From positions 102,488,001 through 102,552,000 of the forward strand of contig NC_045696.1 in NCBI RefSeq assembly GCF_009834535.1: DNA of 64,000 bases, in the 5' to 3' direction. The notes beneath the pieces were generated by a model, which saw only the letters and a list, made by a program, of their open reading frames with translations, searched no databases and was not told the DNA's origin. The position numbers and the translations under genes are program-made. Source of the DNA: Camelus ferus (lineage: Eukaryota). Positions 1 to 13,339 of the stretch are shown here, in pieces; position 1 is the stretch's first letter; the number at the start of each line of letters is the position of its first letter.

Positions 1-1100
1 GAGTTAAGCATTATTTTCATTTCTATAGGCAAAAAAAAAAAAAAAAAAAGCGGAATCAGAGAGGTTAAGTATATTACCCAAGGTCAAACAGTATCTAAAT
101 GGCAAATTCAGCTTTAAAACCTAGCTAGATCTGTCTGATTTATGAGCCCAGGTATTTTCTCTGTAACAGAAGAAGGAGATGGAAACAGTGGGTGACAGGT
201 AGCATCCCAGAAGGCAACCACTTACCCACGCCCCTTCCTAGTAAGACCACCTCATCCCTTGACAGAGACCTAAGGCTGGAACTGTCAGTGATCCTTCTAT
301 CAGAAACGCCATCAGATGCTAGCTCTGGCCACTACATTTAGCCACCCATGGTGATTCAGCAGGTTTCCTCTGCAAGACTGCAAGAAGCACTGGAAACCAA
401 AAATCCCCTTGAAAAAAAACTGCACCATCCTGGGCTCCAGGGACATGCCTCAGTGAGCAGATGCAAATGCCAACACAGAAAGAAAGGGCTGCATGTGCAT
501 TTTTAGAGATGAGACTGCACAGTTGAGTGGTCGTGGTCCGTCTCTCAGGACACCATGGCTGCACAGCTGCCGTTCTCAGGAGCCCAGCAGCCAGGCCTGG
601 GCAGACATGACTTGTTTTTCTTCTCCACCCTTGACAGCAGCCGTCCGAAGACCTCAGTCAGGTCTGAAGGGCTGCCCGGCAAGCCAGCCAGATGGAATTC
701 CAACCCGGCTCAGAGAGCTGAAATGTAAGAAGGGGCTATTCTTCGGGATAACCAAGGTCAAGGCAGCACACGGCATTAGCAATGCTTCGAAACACACAGG
801 CAAAGAGCCCTTCAACGAAGTCTCTCAGATGGAATCGTGGGTAGGTACCAGAACTGCTCTCCAGCACTATTTATCATTGACAAGCTGTGAATATGAGGGA
901 GAAAGCAAACAAGAAAAGGGAATTTGGATGCCGTCATAGAGAAATAAGACAGTGCAAAAATGTGGTCCAGTCTGTCACTGACAAGGATTAGAAGTGGGCC
1001 AGCTCATGAGAGAGCTTGCTCTGTTACTTTGAGCTGGAAGTCAGGACATGTCCTATGCTAATCTTTCTTGGACACCACTACCATTAAAAAATACTTTACA

Positions 1101-1285
1101 ATAGATAAATAACAAGTTTCTACTGTATAGCACTGTATAGGGAACTATATTCAATATCTTATAGTAACCTATAATGAAAAAGAATATGAAAAGGATATGC
1201 ATGCATATGGATGACTGAAACATTATGCTGTACACCAGAAATTGACACAACACTGTGAACTGACAATACTTCAATTAAAAAAAAA
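1101..1285 (+). mobile_element. 5'-truncated young L1 3' end
   Basis: ATAGATAAATAACAAGTTTCTACTGTATAGCA...GCTGTACACCAGAAATTGACAC...poly(A). Imperfect TSD AAAAATACTTTACAA / AAAAACACTTCACAA. Confidence 0.85.
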
Positions 1286-1964
1286 CACTTCACAAATGCC
1301 TGCCCCACAGGTCCCTACAAAAATCCATACTGAGTTGTTTTTGTCGTGATCCTTCAATTTCTAGGTATTTGGGATACTTTGGATGAGAACTGCTGCTCAA
1401 AGGCTTAACATGCCTCATCCCAAGCCAAGCCCTCGCATCTCCCAGTGAAGGACCTCGGCGTGGACACTAGGAGCCGTGTCTCCCATCTGCCCACTCTGAC
1501 AGCTGCACCACCCGGGGCAGGTGGCAGGGGACGGGGGACATACAGGCACTTGGCCATCTCCATCTGACACGCGTCAGTAGCCACGGCTGCCCAAGGGTCA
1601 GAACAGAGCCAGCGGGGGCCGTTCCACGGAGCCCCCTTCACACCAGCCACACTGCTCTCCTGGGCTCACTGGGGGAGGGGCAGCGCCGAGGAAAGAGCCA
1701 GTTCTGCGATCCCGAAGGTAAAGATTCAGACCAACGCATTGTAGAGTGGGTCCCACCCACTTAATTCTGATGGACAGAAATGGAAGGAAGGAACAGACTT
1801 CATTTTTGTGCGATCCTCAGACCAAACTCAAAGTTCCCACGTGCCCACTTAACTTTCCCTAATGGCGATCTGAGTTCTATTAACTTTAGTAATAAAGGTG
1901 ATAAGAGCCCTTCCAGTTTGCCAGGCCCGGTGTTAAGCAGTTCGCATATCTCATCTCATTTCAT

Positions 1965-2145
1965 CTTTGTTGTACTCGTCACTATCTGAGATTATCTTGT
2001 GTACTTACTCATTGTCTGCCTCATACAAATCTAGTCACCAGGAGGGTTGGAAGTTCATCTGTCTCACACAACGCTGTTTCCCCAGAGCCGAGAATGGCGC
2101 CTGGCACACAGCGGGCACTTAAGAAATACTTAATTGCATGAATGA
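1965..2145 (+). mobile_element. L2 3' end
   Basis: CCCAGAGCCGAGAATGGCGCCTGGCACACAGCGGGCACTTAAGAAATACTT...ATGAATGA. Confidence 0.75.
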
Positions 2146-2704
2146 TTGTATTTTCACAAGAATTCAATGATGGAAACCTTTTTATCCTAAGGAAATAGAG
2201 TCAGAATAACTCAGTTTCATAGCTAATAAGTAGCAAAACCACGGAGAGCAGAAGTGGAGGTAGTTCCTTGACCGTGTCAGTGCTGAGTTTCATCAAGGAC
2301 CTGGCTTCTCCGTCCTTCCCTCTGACCTGTCCCCTTCAGTGTGTGGCTCCTCCTATTGGGCTGTTGGCTCCCTGATGGTCCTAGGATGGGTACCACAGGT
2401 GAGGCATCAAATGCAGACAACAGCATCCAACGGTAGCCTGAGAACCACCCTGTCCTTCAACCCCTATTGAGAACAAGGGAAATTTTCCCAAAACCAGCCC
2501 CAGCCAACTCTTCCACTCACCGTATTGAGCAGAATTGCATCCCCTGAGCATACCCAATCTAAACACTTAGTAAGAGAAACGAGATGGCCTTAATTGCCTT
2601 AGACAAATAAATACTCATCCTCAGAAGTCACAAAAGGAGCACAGACTCTCCCTCAGGTCCTACACATGCAGAAGAGAGTGAACAATTGGGATTCTGCCAC
2701 TCTT

Positions 2705-3245
2705 CTGGCTATTACTGTTCCTGAAGCAATTCCCTTAAACTTAGTGGCATAAAACAACAATGATTTGATTATTCTTATAGCTAGCATGTTTCTCAATGTC
2801 TGGGACTTCAGCTGGGACAATCAGAATGGCTGGGGCAGTGGGGGGAGGGGACACAGAATAATTATCTGGAGACTTCTTCGCTCACATGTCTGGCTCCTTG
2901 GTAGGAATGACGCAAAGGCTGAGCTCAGCTGGGGTGGGTACCAGAATGCCTACACAGAGCCACACAGTGTGACTTGGGTTTCCGCACAGCATGGCGGCCT
3001 CACGGTAGTTGGACTTCTCTCATGGCTTCCCTGGGTTCCCAGTGTCAGTGTCCCCGTGAGCAGAGAGGAAGCTGTATCACCGTTTAGGAATCAGCCTAGA
3101 AAACCATCTAGCATAACTTCCACAATGTTCTGTTGGTTGAATCAGTCAAAAGCCCACCCAGACTTCAAGGGGAGATTACAAAGACCTTATCTTTTGATGG
3201 AAGGAGTATCCAAAGAGTTGTGGCAACTTTTTAAAACCCCCACTG
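2705..3245 (-). mobile_element. MLT1-type MaLR LTR
   Basis: AAACTTAGTGGCATAAAACAACA...AAGCCCACCCAGACTTCAAGGGGAG...CTTTTGATGGAAGGAGT. Confidence 0.75.
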
Positions 3246-6200
3246 TTAGCAAAACACAAGGAGTAGAATAATAACAGCATTTGCCTTCAGATCATAAATG
3301 AATTTCATTTTCAGAAAACAACCCCAGAATAACCACACTTTTAGAAAACTAACGACGTCTCACAAACTTTTCCTGGAGCTGAGTCTCCGTCCAGCAGTGA
3401 GGCTGCAAGACAGACCACCTACCCACTGATTTCATCTATAATTCAGCGATCAGTAAGGCAGGTGCTTTTCAAAATATATGAAGAGCACATTCTCTGCTCC
3501 CTAGGAGTTGCAAAGTTTAATGAGAAAAAATGAGCCGGTTTACAACTCCTTTTCTTTAGCGTTTTCCATTGGTTGGAAGTTCTCTCTGCATGCTTCCCAG
3601 CTCATCCTGCCGCTCCGGTCAAATGCACCCTTGTGCGGGTTTGCTCTGGCTTAGGCGTCTGTAAAATGGAGCTAGCCATCCCCGGGGGAAGCAGGTCCTT
3701 GTAACTTCTTTTTCCTCTTTACAGCAGACTGTAAGGTTCGTGGAAACTGTGCTGTGTAAATGCAAAATGTTGCAACTATCATTTCATCATTTGAAAAACT
3801 AAACAGCACGAGGATGCTTCTGTTGCCACGTTGCCAGGTTACCGACAGACCTCCCCATCTGCACTGAAATGAGTCTCGCTGCAGCTCTGCACCAGGGCGG
3901 CCCTTCTCAGGCTGAGAGGAAGGTAGGGGAGAGAGGTGGCGGACCTCGAGTCAAATTGCTATGAACGTCACTGGGAAGAGAGGGTATTTAGCTACCAAGT
4001 ACCATGGCAGTGTTTGCTTGCTCTTTGCAGCTAAGATCTCAGACTGTAGTATCAATGCCAGAGACGGCTCAACACCCAGCTGATGGGCTTAACCCTGACG
4101 AAGTTGAGACTGCTTCTCTGAAGGAGCCCAGTCCACAGGCACTTCATTTTCTAGAGAGTAAGGGATGAGATAATCAAATGTAACAAGCAGGTAATAGGTA
4201 ATAATACCTGGAATGTCTCTCATATGCTCCAGGCATGACATTGCCCTTCTGACACATTTAAAGGGAGGAGAAAAAAATTGTGTGCTATTAATATGTACCA
4301 TTAAAAATACTCTTTCCAGGGCAGCCCCAAGGTGGCTGCTACTGGAAATGTCTAAAGGAAGATAATTCCTCCCAGATATGACATGTAGATACAGTGACAA
4401 GTAATTACCCACACACACAAAAGAAGGAGCTCTCGCCCAGCACATCTCCAGCTGAGTACTATGTATTGAATACACTCTACTGCTAAAGAAAACTTCCAGC
4501 AGCTTTATCCTGGTGAGTCTTTGTCTCTTTAATAATGATTTAAACCTGGCACCAGCACCAGCACCCCCACCCTCAGAAAACCCGCGGGTATTTTCTCCCT
4601 GTCTATGTAACCGTGAAGAGTAATTTTAGAAAATTCTGAAATGATCTCATCAATGGGGATGTGATACTCAGTATTCATCTGAAATCCTCTACCCATCTGT
4701 TTCCTTCTAGAGAAACATGGGAGAGAAATAAAAGACAAGGAAACCAATAAAGTAACAAATGAACAGGGGAAGGTGGGAAGGACAGAGGAAGGCAGTGAGA
4801 AAGTGAAAAAGGAGACAGATGGAGATCGAGCTGTAGGTGAATTCTGCCTGCACAAGGCAGGGAGGGGAGCGGAGATGGGTCTTCCTGGGAAAACCACGAG
4901 GTTCAGTCCTTTGTCACCAAGGATTTACTGGGCACCTCTCTGTGCCAGCCCTGTTCCAGGTGCTGGGGGAGCAGCAGAAGAGCCCTGACGGGGATGTACA
5001 GTCCTTCCAGAGAAACCAGTAAACACGCAAGGAAATGTCATTCCACAGACAGCGGAGGGAGGCAGCTGGGAAGCCAGCAGGATGCCGGGAGTGCATACAA
5101 CTGGGAGACCTGACTGGGATTGATCGGCAGGTTGTGGAAGGCCAACCTCAGTGAGTGACATTTGCTCTTGGGAATTACTGGGAGCCTGTGGACAGCAGGA
5201 GAAGATGCTGGCGGCAGAGCTCACGGGCAGCTCAGCATTGTGGGGACCTGACCCCAAAGGCAACTGGAAGCGAAAGTAGAGCTGGTCCACTGCTGCCACT
5301 GAATCTGGACCGAGAAATCCACAGGGGCTGCAGCCTGTGGTCTGGCTCTGCCCCCTTCCCTTTCCCGGGGTCCCCAGGGAAAACAAGCATCCTGTTTGCA
5401 AGATGGTTTGTAGATACTCCCTCTTTCTCCGGTCCAGAATGAAGTCAAAGAAATCTGTCTGTTTGGTTTTGTAATTTGGCGATATTATCCTCTCTTTTAA
5501 TCCTGTCACTTTTCATAGCATTTTCATCACTCTTTTATCCACATGAACCACCCTCCTCCCTTGGTGGGTAGTTAAATGCTTCCCCAGAATCCAGTTATAA
5601 AGGAAGATTCGCAGTAAGCTATCTTCCACAATGAAATGGGACAGGATCTCAATGTGTATAGACAGGATGAATCTATTCTTTAAAAAAAAAAAGAAAAAGA
5701 AAAAGAAAAGGAAGGTTCTGGGGCTGCGATAAAACATTCATTCTTCCTGATGTTGAAAGAGTTCTTGAAGAGGACTCACCTCACAGAAACCTCTAACAGG
5801 ACTACATTAATTAGCTGCAAATTGAGTTAACATTATATAAACTTTGTGGGGAAAACCTAATCCTGTCTCTCAGTCCCTTGAATCATTTTTCCTAATGCAG
5901 CGTGGCCACACCTTCCAGATGCTCGTAGCCTGGACAGAGAAGGGAGGCAGCATTCACGAGAACTGGCTGCATTTATTCACAGTCACAGCTGCCATCCTGC
6001 AATAAACATTCTGTATGCAAATTGCCTCAAGTGACTCTCCAGAAATTGACTAGTTTCTTGCTCTGTAGCTTAACACCAAAAGAAATTGAAAACATTTTTA
6101 TGGCTTATGTCCATAATGCATTCCTTCAGTATGCGCTGTGTCTTTATCTGCCAATATATTAAGCTCTTCTCCCAGTGCTGGCTTATGCGTCACCAGTTCA

Positions 6201-7325
6201 TTTTTGTGACAATAGGGGGAAAAAGAGCTTTCCAAAATATCCATCTAAATGAGAGCTATTAATGGCCAACACCAAACTGAGTGCAAGCTTCCATTGTTCT
6301 TGGAACTAAATTGTTTTCAAAAGCAATAGGGAAAGTTGTGCAGATTAAAACAATTTATGATGTAGAAATTAAGCCCCATTTCTCTAGGGGTGAAAGATCT
6401 TGGGTGGACCTGAAGCTTTGCTCTGAGTTATTCTGTCCTGGACATAAAGCTTGGGCTACTACTTGGTTGAAAAAGAATTTCCATCGGAGCTTTATAATCC
6501 AGTTAATGAGATCAAGCAAAGCCACTGTCTTTCGTGTTTTCTTTTTAATGGTGAGATGAAGATGATTGTGTTTTTGTTTTGTGGGTTCCTAGGGGGTATT
6601 AAATGTTTGGTCATGCTCTTAGAAGCCTCATTTTCCTCCTAATCCCATTGCTCTTAAGAAGAGTTTGGCAGGGACCTTCAAAGCAGCTCCATTTCTTTTG
6701 TTTCGCTTCCCTGGAGCTTTGCAAAATGGTAACAGTGCCCACGGCTCCATGCCTTCAACGTGAGGCCCACCTCCTCCCACCGAGAGCTCACATCTCACCC
6801 CTGCTTTGGAACAGCAACAATGGCATGGTGCGGTGGTTTTAAATTTGTTTTTATCACAGTACTGAAAGCTAGAAAATGTAAGAAATGAAACTAATTCCAT
6901 AGTGTGCACAGTTCTTCTATTTCTTACTGACTTTCATCTAAGGAGTGGTGGGTGGGTGGATGTGTGCAGTTGAACTTTTGTGCACGCCTGTGACAGTGAG
7001 CTATAGTAACATTCTCCTCCTGTGGGGGACCACTTGCTATACAAATTTTGCATCATGATTCATGGAATCACAGGCTGCTGTTGCTGGAGAAATCTCAAGC
7101 CTTCCTCATTTTACAGGTGAAAACATTGAGGCCCAAAGATGTTCATTGTCCAAGTTCATACAGCCATTTGGTGGCAGGGCTGGAACAGGAATAGCCAGAA
7201 TCCAGGTTTTCTGATTTCTGGTCCAGGACTGCTTGGGTTAAATTGAGAGCGGTGATGAGGCAGGCTTGCTGATCCTGGCTGATTATCAACAAGGGAAAGG
7301 AAAAAAAAAGAAAAATCCTAGCCTG

Positions 7326-7356
<31 letters not shown>

Positions 7357-7880
7357 GGTATTTCTTTTATCCCACAGCTGACTCCTTGATTCCAAGGACA
7401 TAGCCGTGTAACAAGACGTTTTATGTTCCACAGCCAGCACCTTGATCCCAAGGATATAAGCCAACATCTTTGTCTTTGTTCTCTTTTCCTCCGAAGTTTC
7501 TGTTGTAGGGCAAGCTCCAAGGGAGGAAAAAAGCCTGTAATAGAGAGAAGGTGATTGGCCTCCACATCACCGGAATAAAGGTAACGATGACAAAACCCTC
7601 CAATAAAAAAGCCCCACAGCCCGATCTGGAGGTGAAGTTGCCTCTAACGGTTACCTGTGTGGGGCCTCCCTGCAATGAGAGTTTGCTTTTCCCTTCTCTC
7701 TTTTGAGCAATAAAGCAATCTTTCACTTTGTCTCTCTGCCTCTGCTGAGAATTCCTGCTCAACCAGTGGGCAAGGACCCACACTTTTGGTGGGTTTCTAA
7801 TTTGGAAATTTCTCTGTCCACTAACAAAATCATGTTTGTGTGATTTTATCAAAGATACTTATCAAAAATATTATATTGCA

Positions 7881-8530
7881 TCAGAAGAAATCTCTAACTT
7901 GAAAAGATACCTGCACCCCAATGTTCACAGCAGCATTATTTACAATAGCCAAGACATGGGAACAACCTAAATGTTCATCCACAGACGGATGGATAAAGAA
8001 GATGTGGTACATATATACAATGGTATATTACTGGGCCATAAAAAAAGAATGAAATAATGCCATTTGCAGCAACATGGATGGACCTAGAGATTATCATATT
8101 AAATGAAGTAAATCATTTAATCAGATCACAGAGAAAGACAAATATCATATGGTATCACTTATATGTGGAATTTTTTTAAATGATACAAATAAATTTATTT
8201 ACAAAACAGAAATAGACTCATAGATATTGAAAACAAACTATGATTATCAAAGAGGAAGGGGTGTGGTGGGAGGGACAAATTAGGAGTTTGAGATTAACAT
8301 ATACACACTGATATATATAAAATAGATAAACAACAAGAACCTACTGTATAGCAGGGGAACTATATTCATTATCTTATAACAACCTATAGTGGAAAAGAAT
8401 CTGAAAAAGAATATATATATATATGTATATGTATAACTGAATCACTTTGCTGTACACTTGAAACTAACACAACATTGTAAATTATTGTAAATCAACTATA
8501 CTTTAATAAAAATTTTTAAATGCAAAAAAA
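7881..8530 (+). mobile_element. 5'-truncated L1 (ORF2 C-terminus + 3' UTR) inserted into an older L1
   Basis: CACCCCAATGTTCACAGCAGCATTATTTACAATAGCCAAG...GCCATTTGCAGCAACATGGATGGACCTAGAG. TSD TATTATATTGCA at 7869-7880 and 8533-8544. Confidence 0.9.
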
Positions 8531-8544
8531 GGTATTATATTGCA

Positions 8545-10090
8545 CAGGTATTTTACTGAATACCTAACAACAAGTTAGCTATTTGAATAAATGAGAAGGT
8601 TGATCATGTTGGGAAGAGAAGCCTGGGTCATGTGAAGATGTTACTTCTCTTCAAATTAATTTATAGGCTTAATACATTAGGTTCAGTAGACTGGGGATAG
8701 GAAAGAGCGTGATTAAGTTATTCTGAAATTCATATGAAAGAATAATTGTTTTTAAATATTTGGAAAAGGCATCTCATTGGAATTTTCACTACTACTTTTA
8801 AGAATACACTGCAAAAATACAATAATTAGAACAGTGTAGTACTGCTTTGGTAAGCAGATACAGTGATAGGAAAGAATTGATATCCTTGAGGTGAATCCTA
8901 ATGCGTGTAAGAATTAAATATATTTCAAAAATAACAGTTCTTTTACATAAAATATTATTCAGTGAATGGTGTTGGTACATTTGGCCATCTGTTTAGCAAA
9001 ACAATAATGTTAGATCTCTAGTTCACACTTGCACAAAGGTAAATTCCAGATGATCTAAAGATTTAAATTTCAAAAGTGCCAAAGCAAATAAAGCCATAAG
9101 AGAATGGATTCATGCAAAAAAATTAAAACTTCTTTATTTTAAAAAATCCTAAACAAAACTAAAACAAAAGTTAGAGACTAAAAATATTGTTTGAATATAT
9201 ATACATATATACACATAAATATAGTATATATACATATATATATTTATAAGAATTCTTGGAATTCTATGTAAGAGAAGAATATTTAACCCATAAAAGTCTT
9301 AGAAATAAATTAATTAAAAATGAGGCACACTAACAGAAAAAAATAAGCAAAAATATCTGAGCAGAAAAATATTACAAAAGAAGAAATGTAAATATTATAG
9401 ATAGATAGATTGACAGACAGATATTTAATCTCAGTCGGAATCCAAAAAACACAAAAGAGAAACATTGAAAAATATGTCCTCCTATCATGCTTATAGAAAG
9501 ATCTTTTTTCTCATTCTCTCTTTTTTTTTTTTTAGGATAATATCAAGGTTACATGCTAGTTCAGTCAAAAGGGAATGCTTACACACCCACAAAAAATGTG
9601 TTCATTGATACAGTCTCGACAGATGGACAATTTGGCAGTATGTATCAAAAGCTTTAAAATGTGTTGAAACATTTTGGCCTATATCTGCCATTCTAAGAAT
9701 TAATCCAAGGAACTAAGAGATTGGGGGAGGGGAGCGAGAGGAGGGAAAGCTTTATGAAAGAGAATATTTCTTATAATATGATTCATAATAGAAAAACTTT
9801 AGAAATGTTCCCAAACTCAAAAGTTTAGAATAGCCAAATAAACTGTACTGTAGCCATGTGATAAATATCATGTAACAGCAAGGATCATGTTTGGAAGAAT
9901 ATCTAAAGACATGAGTTACAAATTTTTCTAAAGTAAAATAAAAACTACAGACTACCTATTTCTTCTCAAAAAATTTGGAAAAGATATACACTGAAATTGT
10001 AAACTTTCATATTGAGTGATATTTAATCTTCTAAACTCTGAATTTTTCAAATTTTCACAATGATTTTATACTCACAAGACAAAATGTTAG
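8545..10090 (+). mobile_element. Old, highly decayed L1 (L1M/L1ME-type) ORF2-3' remnants
   Basis: A-rich sequence with L1 ORF2 relics, e.g. TTATTCAGTGAATGGTGTTGG, AAATTCCAGATGATCTAAAGATTTAAAT and GGACAATTTGGCAGTATGTATCAAAA. Confidence 0.65.
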
Positions 10091-10314
10091 TAGTAAAATA
10101 ATATAGAATACCAAGTTAGGAAGAGGCCAGAGCTGGTCCAGAGGTAGCATGCCCAGCCCCTTCTCTAGAAAACACATATTTAAACAGTTGCTCTGTATAC
10201 TGAGTCCTGGAGATCTGTCGTGCTGCTAATGGTTGTGGCTGGGCCGGAGGAGATGGTTCTGACTGCTGAATTTTGAAAGGGGGAGGAAAAAATGGACCAT
10301 CATTAAAAATCCTC

Positions 10315-10928
10315 TAAATTAGAAGCAAACAAGATGTCCTTCAATAGGTGAATGGATGAATAAACAATGGTACATCCAGACCATGGACTATTATTCAGCC
10401 CTAAAAAGAAATAAGTTCTCAAACCATGAAAAGAAGACATGGAGGGAACTTAAATGCATATTACTAAGTGAAAGAAGCCAGTCTGAAAAAACTAAATACT
10501 GTATGATTCCAGTGATATGACATTCTGGAAAATGCAAAACTATGGAGACAATAAAAAAGACCAGTGGTTGCCAGGAGTTAGGGGGAAGGCGTGATGAATA
10601 GGTGGAGCACAGAGGATTTTTAAGGCAGTGAAAATACTCTGTATGATACTGGAATAAAGGATACATGTCATTATACATTTGTCCAAATGCATAGACTGTA
10701 CACCACAAAGAATGAACTGTAATGTAGACTATGGACTTTGGGTGATAGTGATGTGTCAGTGTAAGCTCATCATTTGTGACAGATGTACCACTCTGATGGG
10801 GGATGTTGCTAGTGAGAAAGGCTGTGCATGTATGGAGAGAGGAGGTATAGAGGAAACCTCTGTAACGTCCCCTCAATTTTGCTATGAACCTTCAACTGCT
10901 CCAAAAAATTGTCTGGGGGAAAAAAAAG
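10315..10928 (+). mobile_element. L1MB/L1MC-type 3' end
   Basis: AAGATGTCCTTCAATAGGTGAATGGAT...TTACTAAGTGAAAGAAGCCAGTCTGAAAA...GTAGACTATGGACTTTGGGTGATAGTGATGTGTCAGTGTA, ending in an A tail. Confidence 0.85.
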
Positions 10929-11199
10929 AGCACCTCTAGGATTCCCTTGTATGCAATCAGCCACATTAAATACCAACTTATTACAGAACCACCACCTAAC
11001 AGACAGACTCCCTTCTTTACATCTATCCCTCAAGCCACACGTTGACTTTTTCTAATGCCTTTTTCTCTTAAGCCTTCCCACGACACTCACTTTATTCTGG
11101 CTGCACTTGGATAAAAGTACAAGGGGTTATATATGGAGAGCAAGCAGTGTGATCTGCCCCTAGAGTATAAATAGTTCAGAGATTTTTTTTCTGAAAGGG

Positions 11200-12150
11200 A
11201 ATGATCATGAGATCTGTTGTAGAAACAGATTTACTCAGCTCCAGAAGAAACTTACCTTAGTGGCTTACAGTAGAGAATCCAATCCTTTTATACAAATACA
11301 AACAAGCAGCCAAGACTCAGCAAATGGTTGAGGAAATCAACAACATGAAAGAAACTCTAAGAGAAATAGAGCAACTCATCCCCAAGGATGCACATGCAGG
11401 TTCAAAAAGACACTGCACCCATCAAAACTGAGTAGGATACCTGAACATGTGCAGAGACAACTACAATCTTTTGGAAACGAAATACATAATTGTCAAAAGA
11501 AAAATCCTAGAAGGGCTAGAAGACAAAGTCAAAGAAAGATGGTGGATTAAAAAGAGAGATAGAAGGAGAAATGTGTAAGGGAAAAAAAGAGAAAAACTTA
11601 AGCAATATGGTAGCTCTAACCTCATTCTGAGAATTCCAACACCAATTCAACAGGAGTTCCAGTAAGAGAGGGGAAAAAAAGAACTAGAAGAAAAGGAAAT
11701 CATAAAAAAAAAAAAAAAACCATAGAGGAAAATTTCCCAGAGCAGAAGCAAGTGCAAGTCTGGGATGTACCAATTACTGAACAAAGAGGCCCATGACTGA
11801 ATCTATTCTTATGAAACTTTGAAATGTAAAAGATAAAAAGAAGAACATAAAACTTCCAGTGGGGGGATAAAATATCTACAAAAGAAGTGGCATCAGACTT
11901 CTCATCAACTATACTGGATGCCAGAAGAGAGTGGAGCCATACTGGCAAAGTTCATCCCAACCTAAATTCTATATCCAGCCAAAACATCAATCAAGTGGGA
12001 GAGTGATGCAGTGCAAGGACTTTTAAAACATACAAGAACTCAGAAATTTTACTTTCCAGTTACCCTTTCTGAATAAATTGCTTGTCATTGCATGCCAGCA
12101 CAAATTTAAAAGACCTAAGAGAAAGAGGAAGACGCGGACCAAACCGGAAG
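11200..12150 (+). mobile_element. Old L1/HAL1-type ORF1 remnant
   Basis: GAAAATTTCCCAGA, GCATCAGACTTCTCATCAACTATACTGGATGCCAGAAGA and AATTCTATATCCAGCCAAAACATCAATCAAG are ORF1 motifs. Confidence 0.7.
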
Positions 12151-13339
12151 TGCAATAAAATACAGCTATGCAGCAGTACTAAACCTGAAAGTTTACATTG
12201 AAACGGAGTCAGAACCATCCCTACACACACACAAGAGGTCTTCACTTAGGAAAAAATAGATTTACTTCAATAGCAATGCAATTAAGAAGTTTGAGATGCT
12301 TACTGAGTAAAGACATAACAACATGATTAAAATCTCAGTCTCCAAAATTAGACTGTTTGGTTCAAATTACAAACTATGTGTGTGACCTTGAGCAGTCACT
12401 TAAATTCTCTTTGGTTCAGTTTTCTTGTTGAAAAACGGGTATAAAAATAATTTCTACTTCATAAGTTCATTGTGGGTTTTCAACAAAATAATACATGCAA
12501 CATATTTAGTGCCTGGCCCTCAGCAACTTCTCTAAAAAGGTTTATTTTTATTGTTATAATTTTCATATCAACAAGAAAAAAAAAGCAAAGGAATCAGAGA
12601 TTTGGGAAAAGACAAAATAAAGCCGTCAAGAAATGTCATATATCAAAGCAAATTAAACTGCAGTGTGATTTTTAGCAAGTAAAGGAATATGGAGTGGAAA
12701 ACAGAGAATTCATCTGACCTTGAAGACTGGATTTTTCTCCTTTGAGTGTCATGAGTTTGGTGATTTAGGATTATTTTTCCTTTTCTACAAGCCCAATCAA
12801 AGTACTTGGTTCTACACTGAGTAATATTTACATAATCATAATTTCCAATTGCCATTTAATGATATTCGATTTTAAGAAACTAACCTATCATCAAAGCACA
12901 GAAGACTTAATTATAGTCACAGATCAGAATATAAATGTAATAAACCTTGATCATGTAAAAGTAACGACTGAAGCTGAGCAGGGAAGGGCAGGGGGTAGGG
13001 GAAGGGAGTCTATGTATATTTTCTCCTCTTCCATAAAGGGGAGACAAGAAATAGTGGTTTACATGCACTATTTATGGTTAAAAAGGTAACCAAAAGAAGA
13101 CACTTTAAACAATCATGTAACTTTTAAAAACAGACAAAGAAATGGAGAGGGGTGATGGTAAATGCTAAATTCTACAAACTTCCAAAACCAACTTAGTTCT
13201 TGGGAGTGGGACCAGCAGAGGGAGGTCCTGCACAGAGGCAGGAAGATCACTTTACTTTTCATTTTATTCCTTGGTGTTATCTGAAAATTTTCTCATGCAC
13301 TTGAATTACTCATATTATTCAATAAATCAAAACGCACTG

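Noticed and set aside
1101..1285. Idea that the many short L1 3' pieces (1.1, 15.2, 36.3, 37.8 kb) form a new SINE family
   Set aside because: Their 5' ends all differ and there is no Pol III head, which fits ordinary 5' truncation.
4925..5509. Longest ORF (194 aa)
   Set aside because: Non-ATG start, overlaps L2-derived sequence, and shows no domain similarity or codon signal.
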